A stretch of DNA of 61,707 nt from Candidatus Heimdallarchaeota archaeon (GCA_016840095.1 JAEOSZ010000058.1:1-61707); one strand, 5' to 3'; positions 31,701 through 42,033 are shown, counted from the stretch's first letter. Numbers and translations: made by a program. Notes: generated by a model from the sequence alone, not told the origin.

Positions 31701-33202
31701 TCTGCTTTTTTCTTTTCTCGTAAATCTCTAGCAGTAGTTAGAACATACCGTTCATTGTTCATAACAAAAATGTTAGAATTATATTCAACAGGAATTGTAG
31801 TTCCGTTCCTATGAATGACATTTCCTTCAAAGTTAACTCTGTTATTCATTAGAAGAGTTTTTCCAATTTCTGAATCTCCAATAGTTTTTTCTGGGCTCTG
31901 GATATCTAAAGGTGTCATTTCTAGTAGTTCTTGTCTAGAGTAACCGGTCCATTCACAAGCTATTTCATTTACTTCAATGAACTTACCCATCTTATTCCCA
32001 AATTCGAGTGGCATCATGAAAATTGCTTCATCTACATTTTGGAAAATCTGTCTAAATTTCTCTTCTCTTTCTACTAATTCTTCTTGATCTCTTTTTCTCT
32101 GTGTAATATCTCTTACAACTGCTAGAGAAACTAAATCTTCACCAAGAGTAACGAGATGAGAATTAATTTCTACTATTAACTCAGTTCCATCTTTTGTTTT
32201 GTGTATTCTTTCAAAAGTAAGTTCTTTTTTATCCATAATTTCCTGAACAAATTCAAGACTTTCCTCTTCTCCAGAAACATTGAAATCAGCAGGTTTCATT
32301 TTCATGAACTCTTCTTTAGAGTAACCGTACATGGAAGCTGCTACATCATTTGCTTCAAGAATTTCTTCAAAAATTCCCTCCTCACTTCTTTTTACTACAA
32401 AAATCCCATCATTAGTGCTATTGAAAATTTGTTTAAATCTCTCTTCGCTTTCCTCAAGTTCCTTTGATGTTAGTTTACTTTCAGTTATGTCACTTGCTAA
32501 TTCTGCAACTCCAATTAAGTTCCCATCATCACCATAGACGGGGTAACCTCTAACAAACCAAATCTTATTGTCAGGAGTGTTAACCTCAGCTATGTGTTCT
32601 TCTCCCGTTTCTCTAGCTTTTATAACTGGGCATTGATCACACGGTTGATCCAGTTGATACCATAGCTTATAACATACTTCTCCAATAATTTCTTCTGGGG
32701 ATAGACCTAGTAGATCACTAGCAATCTTATTAGACCAAATTATTTTCATGTCTAAATCATAGAAAATGATATGTTCAGTAAGATAATCTAGAAATTTAGA
32801 TTTTTTGAACTCTGAAGCTACAACTTTAACTTCTTTATTCTTCTCCTTAGTAATATCTTCAGTCATTACTAGAAATTTATTCAATTTATCTCCTTCCCGA
32901 ATTGGAAAGAAGCGATTACGAACAAACTTACGGATACTATCCTTTGTTAAAATCCAAAAATCAATTTCTTTTACAAATGATCCTACTTTTTCATTTTCAG
33001 TTTTAATTTTTTGCAATCTATTCTTTTCCTCTTTAGCTGCAAAGAAAACACAATTCTTTCCCTTTATATCATTCAATGAATATCCTATTATCTGTAATAA
33101 TTTATCATTAGCATATTCAATTTTATAATCACTAATTACGTATACTCCAGTATCGATTTTATCGAATATCTCCCCTAAATCTTCTTCTGCCATCTGATTC
33201 AC
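28733..33202 (-). CDS. Soluble 11x PAS sensor with a His-less HisKA-like tail and no HATPase domain
   Basis: 11 PAC-terminal D(I/L)x(E/D/Q/K)xK motifs; tail DFAELVDRIRNPLMSVMGYAEL. Confidence 0.85.
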   Translation of the reverse strand: MNQMAEEDLGEIFDKIDTGVYVISDYKIEYANDKLLQIIGYSLNDIKGKNCVFFAAKEEKNRLQKIKTENEKVGSFVKEIDFWILTKDSIRKFVRNRFFPIREGDKLNKFLVMTEDITKEKNKEVKVVASEFKKSKFLDYLTEHIIFYDLDMKIIWSNKIASDLLGLSPEEIIGEVCYKLWYQLDQPCDQCPVIKARETGEEHIAEVNTPDNKIWFVRGYPVYGDDGNLIGVAELASDITESKLTSKELEESEERFKQIFNSTNDGIFVVKRSEEGIFEEILEANDVAASMYGYSKEEFMKMKPADFNVSGEEESLEFVQEIMDKKELTFERIHKTKDGTELIVEINSHLVTLGEDLVSLAVVRDITQRKRDQEELVEREEKFRQIFQNVDEAIFMMPLEFGNKMGKFIEVNEIACEWTGYSRQELLEMTPLDIQSPEKTIGDSEIGKTLLMNNRVNFEGNVIHRNGTTIPVEYNSNIFVMNNERYVLTTARDLREKKKAEEELTRSEERFRQIFNNTSDAIFLTYLDEENSVSKFIEVNDVAVRWLGFSKKELLDSYSVDITAPEEKEFNSTYTHKIIEKGHATFETILFTKDRKRLPVEISSLIFELQSQKVILSMARDITERKKAQRDLMESEEKYRKLVETIPAAIVRSDSSGNITFVNKRAAILHGYESEDQLLGMNTNDLISYEDTFTAQHIMLKTIEEGFVHDIEYSIKRKDGSFIPGEFHAASIKDSEGSILGFIGVEIDITERKKAEEALKESEEKFRQIFQNARDAIFIHSINEHEEIDELLEINETACQWLGHTRNELLELAKESQNSYGNLKLTLEVSDDIVHSGTKTFETTIVDKNGNIRPVEFSSHLFTMKDERVLLSIARDITERKKAELSIKKSEERYRTLIETSPDAILLIDLDGRISFANHQTASMYEYGNIEDMIGLTTVDFIAREDLESVNSKLQLVITEGRLHNTQFISLKKDGSRFPIEISASLITDEEGKPSAIMAVIGDIEERKKAETALKESEEKFRQTFDQSNDGIFLHDLKGQILDVNLRVKELFGYSKTEFLQLTITQLHPITEQEISKRAFETVEETGSVNFETKFRRKDGSIFPADVSSSMFEIGGVQVVQGIIRDITDRKEAERELIEKEEQYRQIFNNTNDAIFLTHPNDEFTSTTPFFEVNDIACKLLGYEREELLTLKSYQITAPEDREILTKNIQQILEKGLVTFENTLLTKNGDRIPTEISSHVFELRGERVVLSVARDITERKDAERELLESEERYRKLFHEANDIIAILSIPRNGTIGRIIEANDPAIEMTKYSREDIVGLSLLDLVKDLTEEEIIDYFSEIMEKYIIRFEREFIRKDGTLFPVEITASPFTLQEELTLLVTARDISDRKRDEELRRQAYDQIAQNIEDFAELVDRIRNPLMSVMGYAELSETMHSSIIIEEAKKIEEITQKISESYLETEEVRQILRSEIESLENSEMGSDIDEDEQIEE

Positions 33203-33330
33203 TCGAATAGATATTTTTACCCCAGATTGAGAACCAAACCACTAGTTGAATGAATTCTCTGATAAACTTAATAAAATAATTTTAATAAGGTTGTGATGGT
33301 TCTAGTCAGATTTTGCATAATTATTTTTAT

Positions 33331-34446
33331 CTAAAATGCTCTCTTGTTGTCTCTAGTAAAAACATATAAGTTTTCAGTATGAAGAAGAATAGATAATTTC
33401 TGATTTATTTTAAATTTCTTCTTAGTTCTAGTAACAAAGATTAAATTTTCTCCTGAAAAATCTAGTGTCAAAACTTGTTGATCAAGAATTTTTTCTGAAT
33501 CAACAACATTGCATTCTAATACAATTTGGTTTTCTTCAATGGTTTTATCCGGGTCTACTTCTCTAATTGATTCAGCTCTAAATCCTATCTCTCCTTCAGT
33601 TATCTCTCTCTTCAATAGTTCATTCAGAAGCTTTTTCGGAAGTGTAGTTTTCTCATCAAGAGCAAGATACGAAGTATTTTTTGATGATTTGAACTGAAGG
33701 AAGTTCATTGGAAAATTACCTATAAACTGTGCTACGAATTTTTGATTAGGATCATCATAAAGATTTTCAGGCGATCCCATTTGAGTAATTTCTCCCTCAT
33801 TTAACAAAATAATATTATCTCCAAGGCTAAGAGCTTCTGATTGATCATGAGTAACGTAAACCATTGTTGTTTTCACAATATCATGAAGTTTTCTTATCCA
33901 TGTTCTCATCTCATATCTCAATCTAGCATCAATATTACTCAAAGGTTCATCAAATAGAAAAACAACAGGTTTTCTAATTACTTCTCTTCCTATTGCAACC
34001 CTTTGTTGTTCTCCCCCACTTAGTTGAGATGGATACTTATTCCTATGCTCTTCTAGTTTCAATAATTCAAGAGTTTCGTCAACTTTGATTTGAACCTCTG
34101 AAGAGGTAAACACTCTCCTTCTAAATAGATTTCCTTCTCGTTGACTATCTAATGAAAAACCTAAATTTTCTTCTACAGTCATATGTGGAAAAAGAGGATA
34201 GTTTTGGAATACCATGGCTATGTTTCTCTTATTAGCAGGGATATCTGTAATATTGTTCTCATTAAAGAAAACTTGTCCATTCGAAGGGTAAAGTAATCCT
34301 GCCAATATCCTTAAAAAAGTTGTTTTCCCGCTTCCTGAAGGTCCAAGAATAACTGTAAAGCTTCCTTCTGGAATCGTAACACTAATGTCATTTAGAGCAA
34401 TCTTTTTTCCATATATTTTTGTGAGATTTTTTGTTTCAATTTTCAT
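33331..34446 (-). CDS. MalK-type ABC importer ATPase
   Basis: GPSGSGKT, LSGGEQQR, LFDEPLSN, VTHDQ, C-terminal TOBE-like region. Confidence 0.92.
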   Translation of the reverse strand: MKIETKNLTKIYGKKIALNDISVTIPEGSFTVILGPSGSGKTTFLRILAGLLYPSNGQVFFNENNITDIPANKRNIAMVFQNYPLFPHMTVEENLGFSLDSQREGNLFRRRVFTSSEVQIKVDETLELLKLEEHRNKYPSQLSGGEQQRVAIGREVIRKPVVFLFDEPLSNIDARLRYEMRTWIRKLHDIVKTTMVYVTHDQSEALSLGDNIILLNEGEITQMGSPENLYDDPNQKFVAQFIGNFPMNFLQFKSSKNTSYLALDEKTTLPKKLLNELLKREITEGEIGFRAESIREVDPDKTIEENQIVLECNVVDSEKILDQQVLTLDFSGENLIFVTRTKKKFKINQKLSILLHTENLYVFTRDNKRAF

Positions 34447-37400
34447 TTCTTACATCTCTTACATTAACTGAACTATCAATTCCTTTGAGTAAATAATTTC
34501 TAAGTAGAACAAACACTAACAGCAAAGGAATTGTAACTAATATTGATGCTGCTGCAAACAAACCCCATTCTGGTGTGCTTGATTCAATGGATCCTAAAAA
34601 CGTATACAATTTAATAGGAAGTGTATATTTCCCTGAAGATTGTAATAGTACAAATGCCATCAAAAAGCCATTCCAAGTACTAAGGAAGTTTAGGATGAAT
34701 GTTATAGCTAAAGCTGGTCCCGACAGTGGTAAGATTATTTTCCTTAATGTTCTAAATTTCGTATTTCCCATAATTGATGCAGATTCATCAAGTTCCTTTG
34801 GAATAGAATCTATATATCCTTTGATTATCCAAAGAGCTAATGGAATTGTGTGCGTGCTGTAAGCTAAAATTGTGCCTATATACGTATCAATCAAACCTAA
34901 ATTGAACATGATTAAATAAAACGGAATGAGCGTAAGAATTCCTGTAAACATCTTCAAAGTAAAAACACCAACCATCATTTCCTTTTTTGCTTTGACAGTA
35001 TACCTTGAAAAACCATAAGCAGCGAGAGCTGTCAATATCACACATATACTTGCAGATCCTAATGCAATGAGTAGTGAATTTGCGAAATTCACATGAATAC
35101 TCTCTTGAATAAATAAATCTTTGAAATTATCAAGAGTTGGATTAGATGGGAAGAATGACGTTGGAACAGAGCTATTTCCATCAGAAAATGCTATCCATGT
35201 TATATTCCATAGGGGGATTAAAGCTACAAACGTTACTAAAAACAAGAAGAAGATACTGTTTCTAGGTTTAGAAGTAATTGAATAGGTTTTTAGATGTATT
35301 TTATTCCGCTTCAAATTAAATTGGGAGTGAATTCTAAGATAATTCAAAATAAAAACGAATGACAAAACACTGAAAACTATTATCCATCCTGTTTGTTGCC
35401 AATTGAATACTATTCCAACCCATAAGATTGGTTGTAAAATTATAGATATTTTAACTAGGATGTTTGATAGAGAACTACATATTACATAAACACCAAATAG
35501 TGCGAAAATCGTCCAAGAGAACCAATCGTTTGCATTTAGAATTAGATTTGCAACTAAAATGGTAGTTCCTTGGACCAATATGATTCCATGAATTGAATTC
35601 AGTTTGACAATTTTTGAATCTAGCTTCTGAAGAAGATTGAATATTTTTTTCCTAACTTGTTGTAGACAAGATAAAACAGACTTAATTGGATTGAAATTTA
35701 CATCTTCTGTTTGTTGATTTTTAAGATTAGTAATCAAGAAAAACTCTAGAACTATAATGAAGATATTCCAGTTAAAAGCAAACCACATCTGATAGAAGAA
35801 GAACTGTGATAAAGAAAGGATTAAATCGATGATCAAAACTAATCTGATCAACTTGATTGAAACTTTCTTTTTCGAAAACAGAAGTACTAAAGATAGTAAG
35901 TAAAATCCTGCAATAACATAACTAAGTGCGTTATTCCAATAAATTCCAAAATATCTGAAATTAGTACTAGCAGCAGCTAAATATCCAGCTGACTGAAGAA
36001 GGAAAAGACTTGGTAAGATGTATTTGTTCCTTGTTGTTTTCTTCTGCTCAATTGGTATGAAAGAGCTCTTTGTACCTTTTGACATTTTCATCCAAATTAG
36101 CACAAAAAATAGCGTTAGTAAACTCATAATAGTAGAATAAGCAGCAGCTATCCCTATCTCTCTCTGCTGATAGAACATGTAAAAGGTAAACGTACTAAAT
36201 AAATCCGTTGCACCTATGATTCCAGCTTCACTAGACCCATATGAAAGGAGTGGATATCCATTCGTAAGTAGGAAAGCTACGTTAAAACTACCAAATGTTT
36301 TAATGATTTCCAATATTATTGCTGGAAGAATAATTGGTTTTATCAAAGGAACAATGATTTTTCTAATCTTTGATGATTCTCTAATCTGATCTATATCAGC
36401 AACATCATTTAGTTGTTTAGGAATACTACTTAATCCTCCAAGAAACAAGGTAGTTATCAGAGGTATTGAGTCCCATACCTCAACAAAACAAGCTATGAAT
36501 AAAGCAACATAAGGTTGAGAAAGAAGATTTACATTAGTACCAAATAAAGCATTGAAAAATGATATCCCTCCTGTACCATGGAAAAATGTTCTCCAAGAAA
36601 GAATTTTGATGTAAGATGGGATTGCCCATGGTATATACAGAAATAGATACCATAATTTCTTTCTTTTTACTTTATACTGAATAATATATGCTAGAATGAA
36701 ACCTAAAACAATTTTAGCAACAATGATTAATGTACTCCATACTAAAGTTGTAGTAAAAGCAATAGGAAGTTGAGGATTTTCAGTGATGTGAGCATAATTA
36801 TTGAAAGCATTGAATACTGGTTGCTCTCCTCTTTTTAAATTATAGGAGGTAAAAGATAGAAAAATACCGTAAAGAATTGGATAGACTTCAAGCAAAACCA
36901 AAGCAAGCAATGCAGGAAAAATAAAAACATATGCAGCTTTATTGAAAGGAACATCTTTCTTAGCTAGATAAATAAATATCGCGATGAACAAAATGACTAT
37001 GGCTAGTAAAGAGAGAGAGGTTGCCAGTTTTGTATATTGTAATTGTTCTTCCAAACTTTGTAGAGTTTCTATTTGATTTGAGCTCCAGAGGTGTTCATAA
37101 CTAGTTTGTTGAACAATTTGTGTACCAGAATAATCAATTAATGATGCATTAAGAAGATAGATTGAGAATCGATATAATTGTGAAGGTAAAAGTCCTGTAA
37201 TTCTTGCTTGAATATAATCTGATTCATTGCTAACAACATAAACAGTGTAGTTTTGAGTTAGTTTCTTCTGTGCAAGAAAATTAGTATCTGAAACAGTATA
37301 GTTCACTAACGAGAAATAGTTTTCTTCTTGTTCCACTGTTTGATTTAGAAAAATAACTGACCAAGTATGATTAAACCCTGTCTCATTTGCATAATCTACT

Positions 37401-37612
37401 CTAAAACTGTTAAAAGACGAGTTTATTGGAACAGACCAATTTAACAGAACATATCGATCATAAATATCTACAATCTCAGTTGAACCTGTTTGAGCATAAA
37501 CAGTATTATTTGTTGATGGTTGAATAAAATAAAAAATTGCACTTAAAGATAAGACTATTATTAAACCAATTTTGAGTTTATTTGATATTGGTTTTTTTCT
37601 CATTTTATTCAC
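34436..37612 (-). CDS. Fused MalF+MalG carbohydrate ABC permease with extracellular FN3-like N-domain
   Basis: Two EAA-type loops (SIPKQLNDVADID; SIPKELDESASIMG), FN3-like LNWSVP...ITGLLPSQLYRFSI, extra TM linker region. Confidence 0.8.
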   Translation of the reverse strand: MNKMRKKPISNKLKIGLIIVLSLSAIFYFIQPSTNNTVYAQTGSTEIVDIYDRYVLLNWSVPINSSFNSFRVDYANETGFNHTWSVIFLNQTVEQEENYFSLVNYTVSDTNFLAQKKLTQNYTVYVVSNESDYIQARITGLLPSQLYRFSIYLLNASLIDYSGTQIVQQTSYEHLWSSNQIETLQSLEEQLQYTKLATSLSLLAIVILFIAIFIYLAKKDVPFNKAAYVFIFPALLALVLLEVYPILYGIFLSFTSYNLKRGEQPVFNAFNNYAHITENPQLPIAFTTTLVWSTLIIVAKIVLGFILAYIIQYKVKRKKLWYLFLYIPWAIPSYIKILSWRTFFHGTGGISFFNALFGTNVNLLSQPYVALFIACFVEVWDSIPLITTLFLGGLSSIPKQLNDVADIDQIRESSKIRKIIVPLIKPIILPAIILEIIKTFGSFNVAFLLTNGYPLLSYGSSEAGIIGATDLFSTFTFYMFYQQREIGIAAAYSTIMSLLTLFFVLIWMKMSKGTKSSFIPIEQKKTTRNKYILPSLFLLQSAGYLAAASTNFRYFGIYWNNALSYVIAGFYLLSLVLLFSKKKVSIKLIRLVLIIDLILSLSQFFFYQMWFAFNWNIFIIVLEFFLITNLKNQQTEDVNFNPIKSVLSCLQQVRKKIFNLLQKLDSKIVKLNSIHGIILVQGTTILVANLILNANDWFSWTIFALFGVYVICSSLSNILVKISIILQPILWVGIVFNWQQTGWIIVFSVLSFVFILNYLRIHSQFNLKRNKIHLKTYSITSKPRNSIFFLFLVTFVALIPLWNITWIAFSDGNSSVPTSFFPSNPTLDNFKDLFIQESIHVNFANSLLIALGSASICVILTALAAYGFSRYTVKAKKEMMVGVFTLKMFTGILTLIPFYLIMFNLGLIDTYIGTILAYSTHTIPLALWIIKGYIDSIPKELDESASIMGNTKFRTLRKIILPLSGPALAITFILNFLSTWNGFLMAFVLLQSSGKYTLPIKLYTFLGSIESSTPEWGLFAAASILVTIPLLLVFVLLRNYLLKGIDSSVNVRDVRNEN

Positions 37613-38871
37613 CTATTTGCATCTATTCCTGCTTGAGCGTCATCTAGAGAACTCTGAATGTCTTCATGATTCAATAAAATGAACTGCAACGCCGCTCTCA
37701 CAAAATCTGAATAATAATTATATATGGGATCTAAAGGGTAGTATTGACTGTTTTCGATTTGTTTTATTTGATTCAAAATTAAGGGTTCATCCTGAACAGA
37801 AGGAGAATTTATTGTTTCAATTAACGTTGGAATTTTGTATTCAACTGATACAAACTCCTGCTGAACTTCATTTGATGAAAGATAAGAGATGATGTCATAA
37901 CAAATATCTGGATGAAGAGTATCTTTTGATATCCCCCAACCTTTTATTTCTGCCATTGGTGATATTCTTTCACCCGTACTTGATATCTTAGGAAGGATTT
38001 GAACCCCAAAATTTGTTCCTAAATCTAGAAGTACTGGAATATACCATCCTCCATAAATTAGCATTGCACCTTTATTAGTAATGAATGCTTGAGTTGCAGA
38101 ATGACTGGTATCATCATAGCTTACACATCTCTCTACATATTTCAGATTATAAATAAATTCCATAGCATTTCTGGATGCTGTATCATTTACTACAATGGAA
38201 TTGTTTTGGTATAATGGGCCATGATCAAAACCATATTGAAAAGCAGGCCACATATATGGAGACAATGTACCCCATACAAGTCCATATTCCTGATTTATAG
38301 ATCTGTCAGTCATATTTACTGCCGCTTCAATTAGTTCTACATCTGTCCAATTTTCTTGTGGGTAGGATTGACTATTTTCGTCAAATACATCTTTATTGTA
38401 AAACAATAAAATTGAGTCATACCATAATGGTAGTCCCCAGAGTTCGTTATTGTAACTCAGTCCATTAATAGATGATGGTTGATATTTTGCTTCATCTGTA
38501 GGAGAAAGGAAATTAGTTAAGGAGCGAATATATTCTAGATCTGCTAATTCCCCAAACCAAGAACCTTTTCCAAGGAAGATGTCTGGAGCATCACCTGTCT
38601 GAGCAACACTGATGAATTTATCTAACCATCCTGAAGAAGGCTGCTCAATAAGGTTGATATTGATGTCTGGATGCACTAACTCATATTGAGCTATAGCAGC
38701 TTCTATAATCTGAAATCCTTCATAAGTGTACCATAGGTCAATTTCGATATCCTTCTGAGGACCTTGATAGAAGCTAAAATAAAATGCTGGAATTATAACT
38801 CCAAGTACTGCTATTGAAATAACTGCGACTTTGATATACTTGGAGACCATTTGATTAATCCCTTTATACAA
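37609..38871 (-). CDS. Sugar ABC substrate-binding protein (MalE-like)
   Basis: N-terminal TM anchor, GDAPDI, LWGLP, LFYNKD, GGW; GTGA overlap with the permease start. Confidence 0.88.
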   Translation of the reverse strand: MYKGINQMVSKYIKVAVISIAVLGVIIPAFYFSFYQGPQKDIEIDLWYTYEGFQIIEAAIAQYELVHPDININLIEQPSSGWLDKFISVAQTGDAPDIFLGKGSWFGELADLEYIRSLTNFLSPTDEAKYQPSSINGLSYNNELWGLPLWYDSILLFYNKDVFDENSQSYPQENWTDVELIEAAVNMTDRSINQEYGLVWGTLSPYMWPAFQYGFDHGPLYQNNSIVVNDTASRNAMEFIYNLKYVERCVSYDDTSHSATQAFITNKGAMLIYGGWYIPVLLDLGTNFGVQILPKISSTGERISPMAEIKGWGISKDTLHPDICYDIISYLSSNEVQQEFVSVEYKIPTLIETINSPSVQDEPLILNQIKQIENSQYYPLDPIYNYYSDFVRAALQFILLNHEDIQSSLDDAQAGIDANR

Positions 38872-38996
38872 TTGGATTTAAATCTGAATTTACATGAATG
38901 AATATAAAGTTTCTATTCAATCTTGTTGTATATTGTTGGCTTCAAAAATATTGTCTAGTAAGAAAATTTATATCAATCTCTAAAGAAGAATCCTTA

Positions 38997-40001
38997 ATGG
39001 GTCTGAAGATAAATGCTATATATGCAGGTATAATTTCAGCTCTAGTTTTAACTGGAGTAGGTTTGGGAGTCTATTTCGGAGTTTTCTATGAAAAAACACC
39101 AAATGGAACAGAATCAACCGTTTTAACAATCCAAGGCTCCTTATCTACTAGCAATTATACATTGGAAGAAATCAAAACATTCAGCTCTGCATCTGGTTTT
39201 GCAACTTATAGAAGATCTACAGGATCTATTGAAGATCTTTTTCATTTCACAGGAGCTGTATTTCCGCCTGATACTGTGGATACTGGCATTTTTAGTCCAG
39301 AATATGAAGTTGAAGTCTTAGCTAGTGATGGATATAAAGTTGTTTTTACATATGATATGTTGTTAGGACATTTTCCAGCATACGATAATGAAACAGGAGA
39401 ATACATAGGAATTGGCAATTTCAGTGTTATATTAGCTTATGAGAAGAATGGAGAAAATTTGCCTCCAGAGGATGGAACACTTAGGATAGCTCTTTTACCA
39501 GAAGAGGGAGAAAGCTATATCTCCGATAGTTCTCCTTGGATAAAGGACGTTGTAAGGATAAATATAGTTCCAGTTAGCTCATGGATTACTTATTTATTTG
39601 GAATTACTAACGACAGCATTGATAGAAATACATTTGAAGCGTATATGCACTTCAATGAAGGAGAAGATAGACAAATCTATCAATTGCAAGAGGGAGATCG
39701 ATTAAATACATACGAAGGTTTGTCTCTTTGGCGATTACTAGCTATTATTGATGGTGGTCCTACAGATTCATTCAACGATACGCTAGCAGCAACAGGATAT
39801 AGTATAATTCTCAAAAATTCACTAGAAGAATCTGTAATTTTCGATAGTATAGATGTTGCAAGAAATGATAGTTACATACTCGCTGCTCTGAAGAATTCTG
39901 TTTTTCTTAGTGGGAGTGATGCACCACTCAGGTTAGTTGGTTCTGGTGTATCATCTCTAGAGATGCTAGGGGGAATAATAGAGATTAGATTGGTTTTCTA
40001 A
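38997..40001 (+). CDS. Membrane-anchored protein with two molybdopterin-binding-like (sulfite-oxidase fold) repeats
   Basis: ASDGY...ILAYEKNG...GTLRI...WIKDV and a second degenerate copy (YEGLSL...ILA...APLRLV). Likely start is the ATG at 38997; the ORF track starts at 38898. Confidence 0.6.
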   Translation: MGLKINAIYAGIISALVLTGVGLGVYFGVFYEKTPNGTESTVLTIQGSLSTSNYTLEEIKTFSSASGFATYRRSTGSIEDLFHFTGAVFPPDTVDTGIFSPEYEVEVLASDGYKVVFTYDMLLGHFPAYDNETGEYIGIGNFSVILAYEKNGENLPPEDGTLRIALLPEEGESYISDSSPWIKDVVRINIVPVSSWITYLFGITNDSIDRNTFEAYMHFNEGEDRQIYQLQEGDRLNTYEGLSLWRLLAIIDGGPTDSFNDTLAATGYSIILKNSLEESVIFDSIDVARNDSYILAALKNSVFLSGSDAPLRLVGSGVSSLEMLGGIIEIRLVF

Positions 40002-40110
40002 TTATCTCTTCTACTTTTTAATGATTTAGCTTGTTTTGTGGTACATCCTTATTGTTAAATATGTCACTTTTTATATCCAAAAATAATAACAAAGATAGAG
40101 TGGGAAAAGA

Positions 40111-42033
40111 ATGACTGATGAGAACTCTACCCTTCTTACTGGAGAGTTTTTTGACCCTATTATGACTAAATATAGTAAAAAAAGTCATTTCAAATGGGTA
40201 TTCAGTCATGTATTAGCTCATAAAGGAATGATTACGCTGTTCTTCCTTTTTGCTACTGTAACCGCAGCAATTGGAGCGATAACTCCAGTTATACTCGGTA
40301 ATCTAATTACTGAAATATTGTCTCCATCCGGATTATGGAATAAGATTACTTACTTCGCATTTATTCTATTGATACTTACCATCATTAGTGGTTTAGCAAG
40401 TTTTGCTTCTGGTTTGATTATTGAAGTAACCTCACAAAGAGTTGAAAGAGATATTAGAAATGAGTATTATGCATCAATGCTATCAAAGTCAATGACTTTT
40501 CATGACGAAGTTAAAGCTGGTGATGTAATGGCAAGAGCTACATTTGATACTAGAATGGTTAACTTCTTTGTTAATCCAGTTATTCATCTAGCTTACTCAG
40601 CAATATTTGGTGTTCTCTTTGCTATAGGAACAATGTTTTTTATTACTCCCTACTGGAATAGTTTTCCAGTTCTGATAATTATTCCAATTGGTATTTCAAT
40701 TCCAATTTTCTTCTTCGCACGACGATTCTATAAATCAGTTGGTCCAATATCAGTTCAAATCCAAGCTTCATACTCGAGTTTATCTGCATATTTACAGGAA
40801 AAACTCCTTGGGATAAGTGTGATTAAGACATTTGCTAGAGAGCCATTTGAAAGAGTATCTTTTAGAGAAAAAAATGACAAACTTTCAGAAGAAATAATCA
40901 CAAGAGGAAAAATAAGATCAAAATATTATCCAGTTCTTTTTGTGGGATTGGGTGTTGGTTTATCAATACTCTGGGGAAGTCTACTTATTAGCTGGGGAAT
41001 TGGTAATCCTGTAACCTCAGTATTATGGACACAAGAAACACTGTTAGCTGGAGGAGCAGTTATTTCAGGTTTTGGTATAGGAGAATTAATCACCTACTCT
41101 CTCTTAGCAGGAAATCTATTCTTTCCAGTTTGGGTACTATCTTGGATGCTAGTTCTTACACAAATGGGATTTGCAGGAGCAGATAGAATAGTCAATATTC
41201 TCATTAAGGAAACCATTATTCCAACACCAGAAAAACCTATTGAGAAGGATGAACTTGTTGGAAATATCGAATTTAATGATGTTACGTTTGCATACGAAGG
41301 AGATACGAAAGTTCTGAAGAATGTATCCTTCTCAATACCTACAGGAAGTAGAGTTGCAATTGTAGGTCCAGCAGGATGCGGAAAAACAACTCTGATGAAA
41401 TTATTAACAAGACTCTATGATGTAGGATCAGGTAGCATAAACATCGATGGTGTAGATGTGAGAAAATTATCTCTTGATACTATCAGACGAAATATCGGAG
41501 TTATAGAACAGGATATTGTTCTTTTCTCTGCTACAATCAAGGAAAATATCTCTTATGGAAAACCAGATGCAACTGACGAAGAGATTTTCAAAGCTGCAAA
41601 GATGGCTCAAGCTGAAGAATTCATAGAGAAATTTGATCAGGGTTATGATACAATAGTTGGAGAACGTGGAACCACACTTAGTGGCGGTCAAAAACAGAGA
41701 ATTGCTATTGCTAGAATGTTGTTAGCTGATCCCAAAATTCTAGTTTTTGATGATGCTAGCTCTGCAGTAGATTCTGAAACAGAAGATAAAATAAATACTG
41801 CTATCAATAGGGTATTGAAAGATCGTACCAGTTTTATAATTACACATAGACTATCCACTATAAGACATTCTGATATCATTGTTGTTTTGAAACAAGGAGA
41901 AGTTAAAGCAATAGGATCACATGATGATCTATTGAAAGAATCAGTTGATTATTGGAGAGTATTTGCTCGATTTTCTGAGATTAGAAAGATGATGCCTGAG
42001 CAAATGAAATCAGAACTTTTTACAGGTGAATGA
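40111..42033 (+). CDS. ABC exporter half-transporter (TMD+NBD), subunit A
   Basis: GPAGCGKT, LSGGQKQR, and Walker B VFDD with the catalytic Glu replaced by Asp (degenerate site). Confidence 0.92.
   Translation: MTDENSTLLTGEFFDPIMTKYSKKSHFKWVFSHVLAHKGMITLFFLFATVTAAIGAITPVILGNLITEILSPSGLWNKITYFAFILLILTIISGLASFASGLIIEVTSQRVERDIRNEYYASMLSKSMTFHDEVKAGDVMARATFDTRMVNFFVNPVIHLAYSAIFGVLFAIGTMFFITPYWNSFPVLIIIPIGISIPIFFFARRFYKSVGPISVQIQASYSSLSAYLQEKLLGISVIKTFAREPFERVSFREKNDKLSEEIITRGKIRSKYYPVLFVGLGVGLSILWGSLLISWGIGNPVTSVLWTQETLLAGGAVISGFGIGELITYSLLAGNLFFPVWVLSWMLVLTQMGFAGADRIVNILIKETIIPTPEKPIEKDELVGNIEFNDVTFAYEGDTKVLKNVSFSIPTGSRVAIVGPAGCGKTTLMKLLTRLYDVGSGSINIDGVDVRKLSLDTIRRNIGVIEQDIVLFSATIKENISYGKPDATDEEIFKAAKMAQAEEFIEKFDQGYDTIVGERGTTLSGGQKQRIAIARMLLADPKILVFDDASSAVDSETEDKINTAINRVLKDRTSFIITHRLSTIRHSDIIVVLKQGEVKAIGSHDDLLKESVDYWRVFARFSEIRKMMPEQMKSELFTGE

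Noticed and set aside
28733-33202. DNA-level repeats inside the PAS gene as a repeat or mobile element
   Set aside because: Explained by tandem PAS domain duplication.
33220-33310. Riboswitch-like stems upstream of the PAS gene
   Set aside because: Pairings are AT-rich and imperfect, with no match to a known aptamer consensus.
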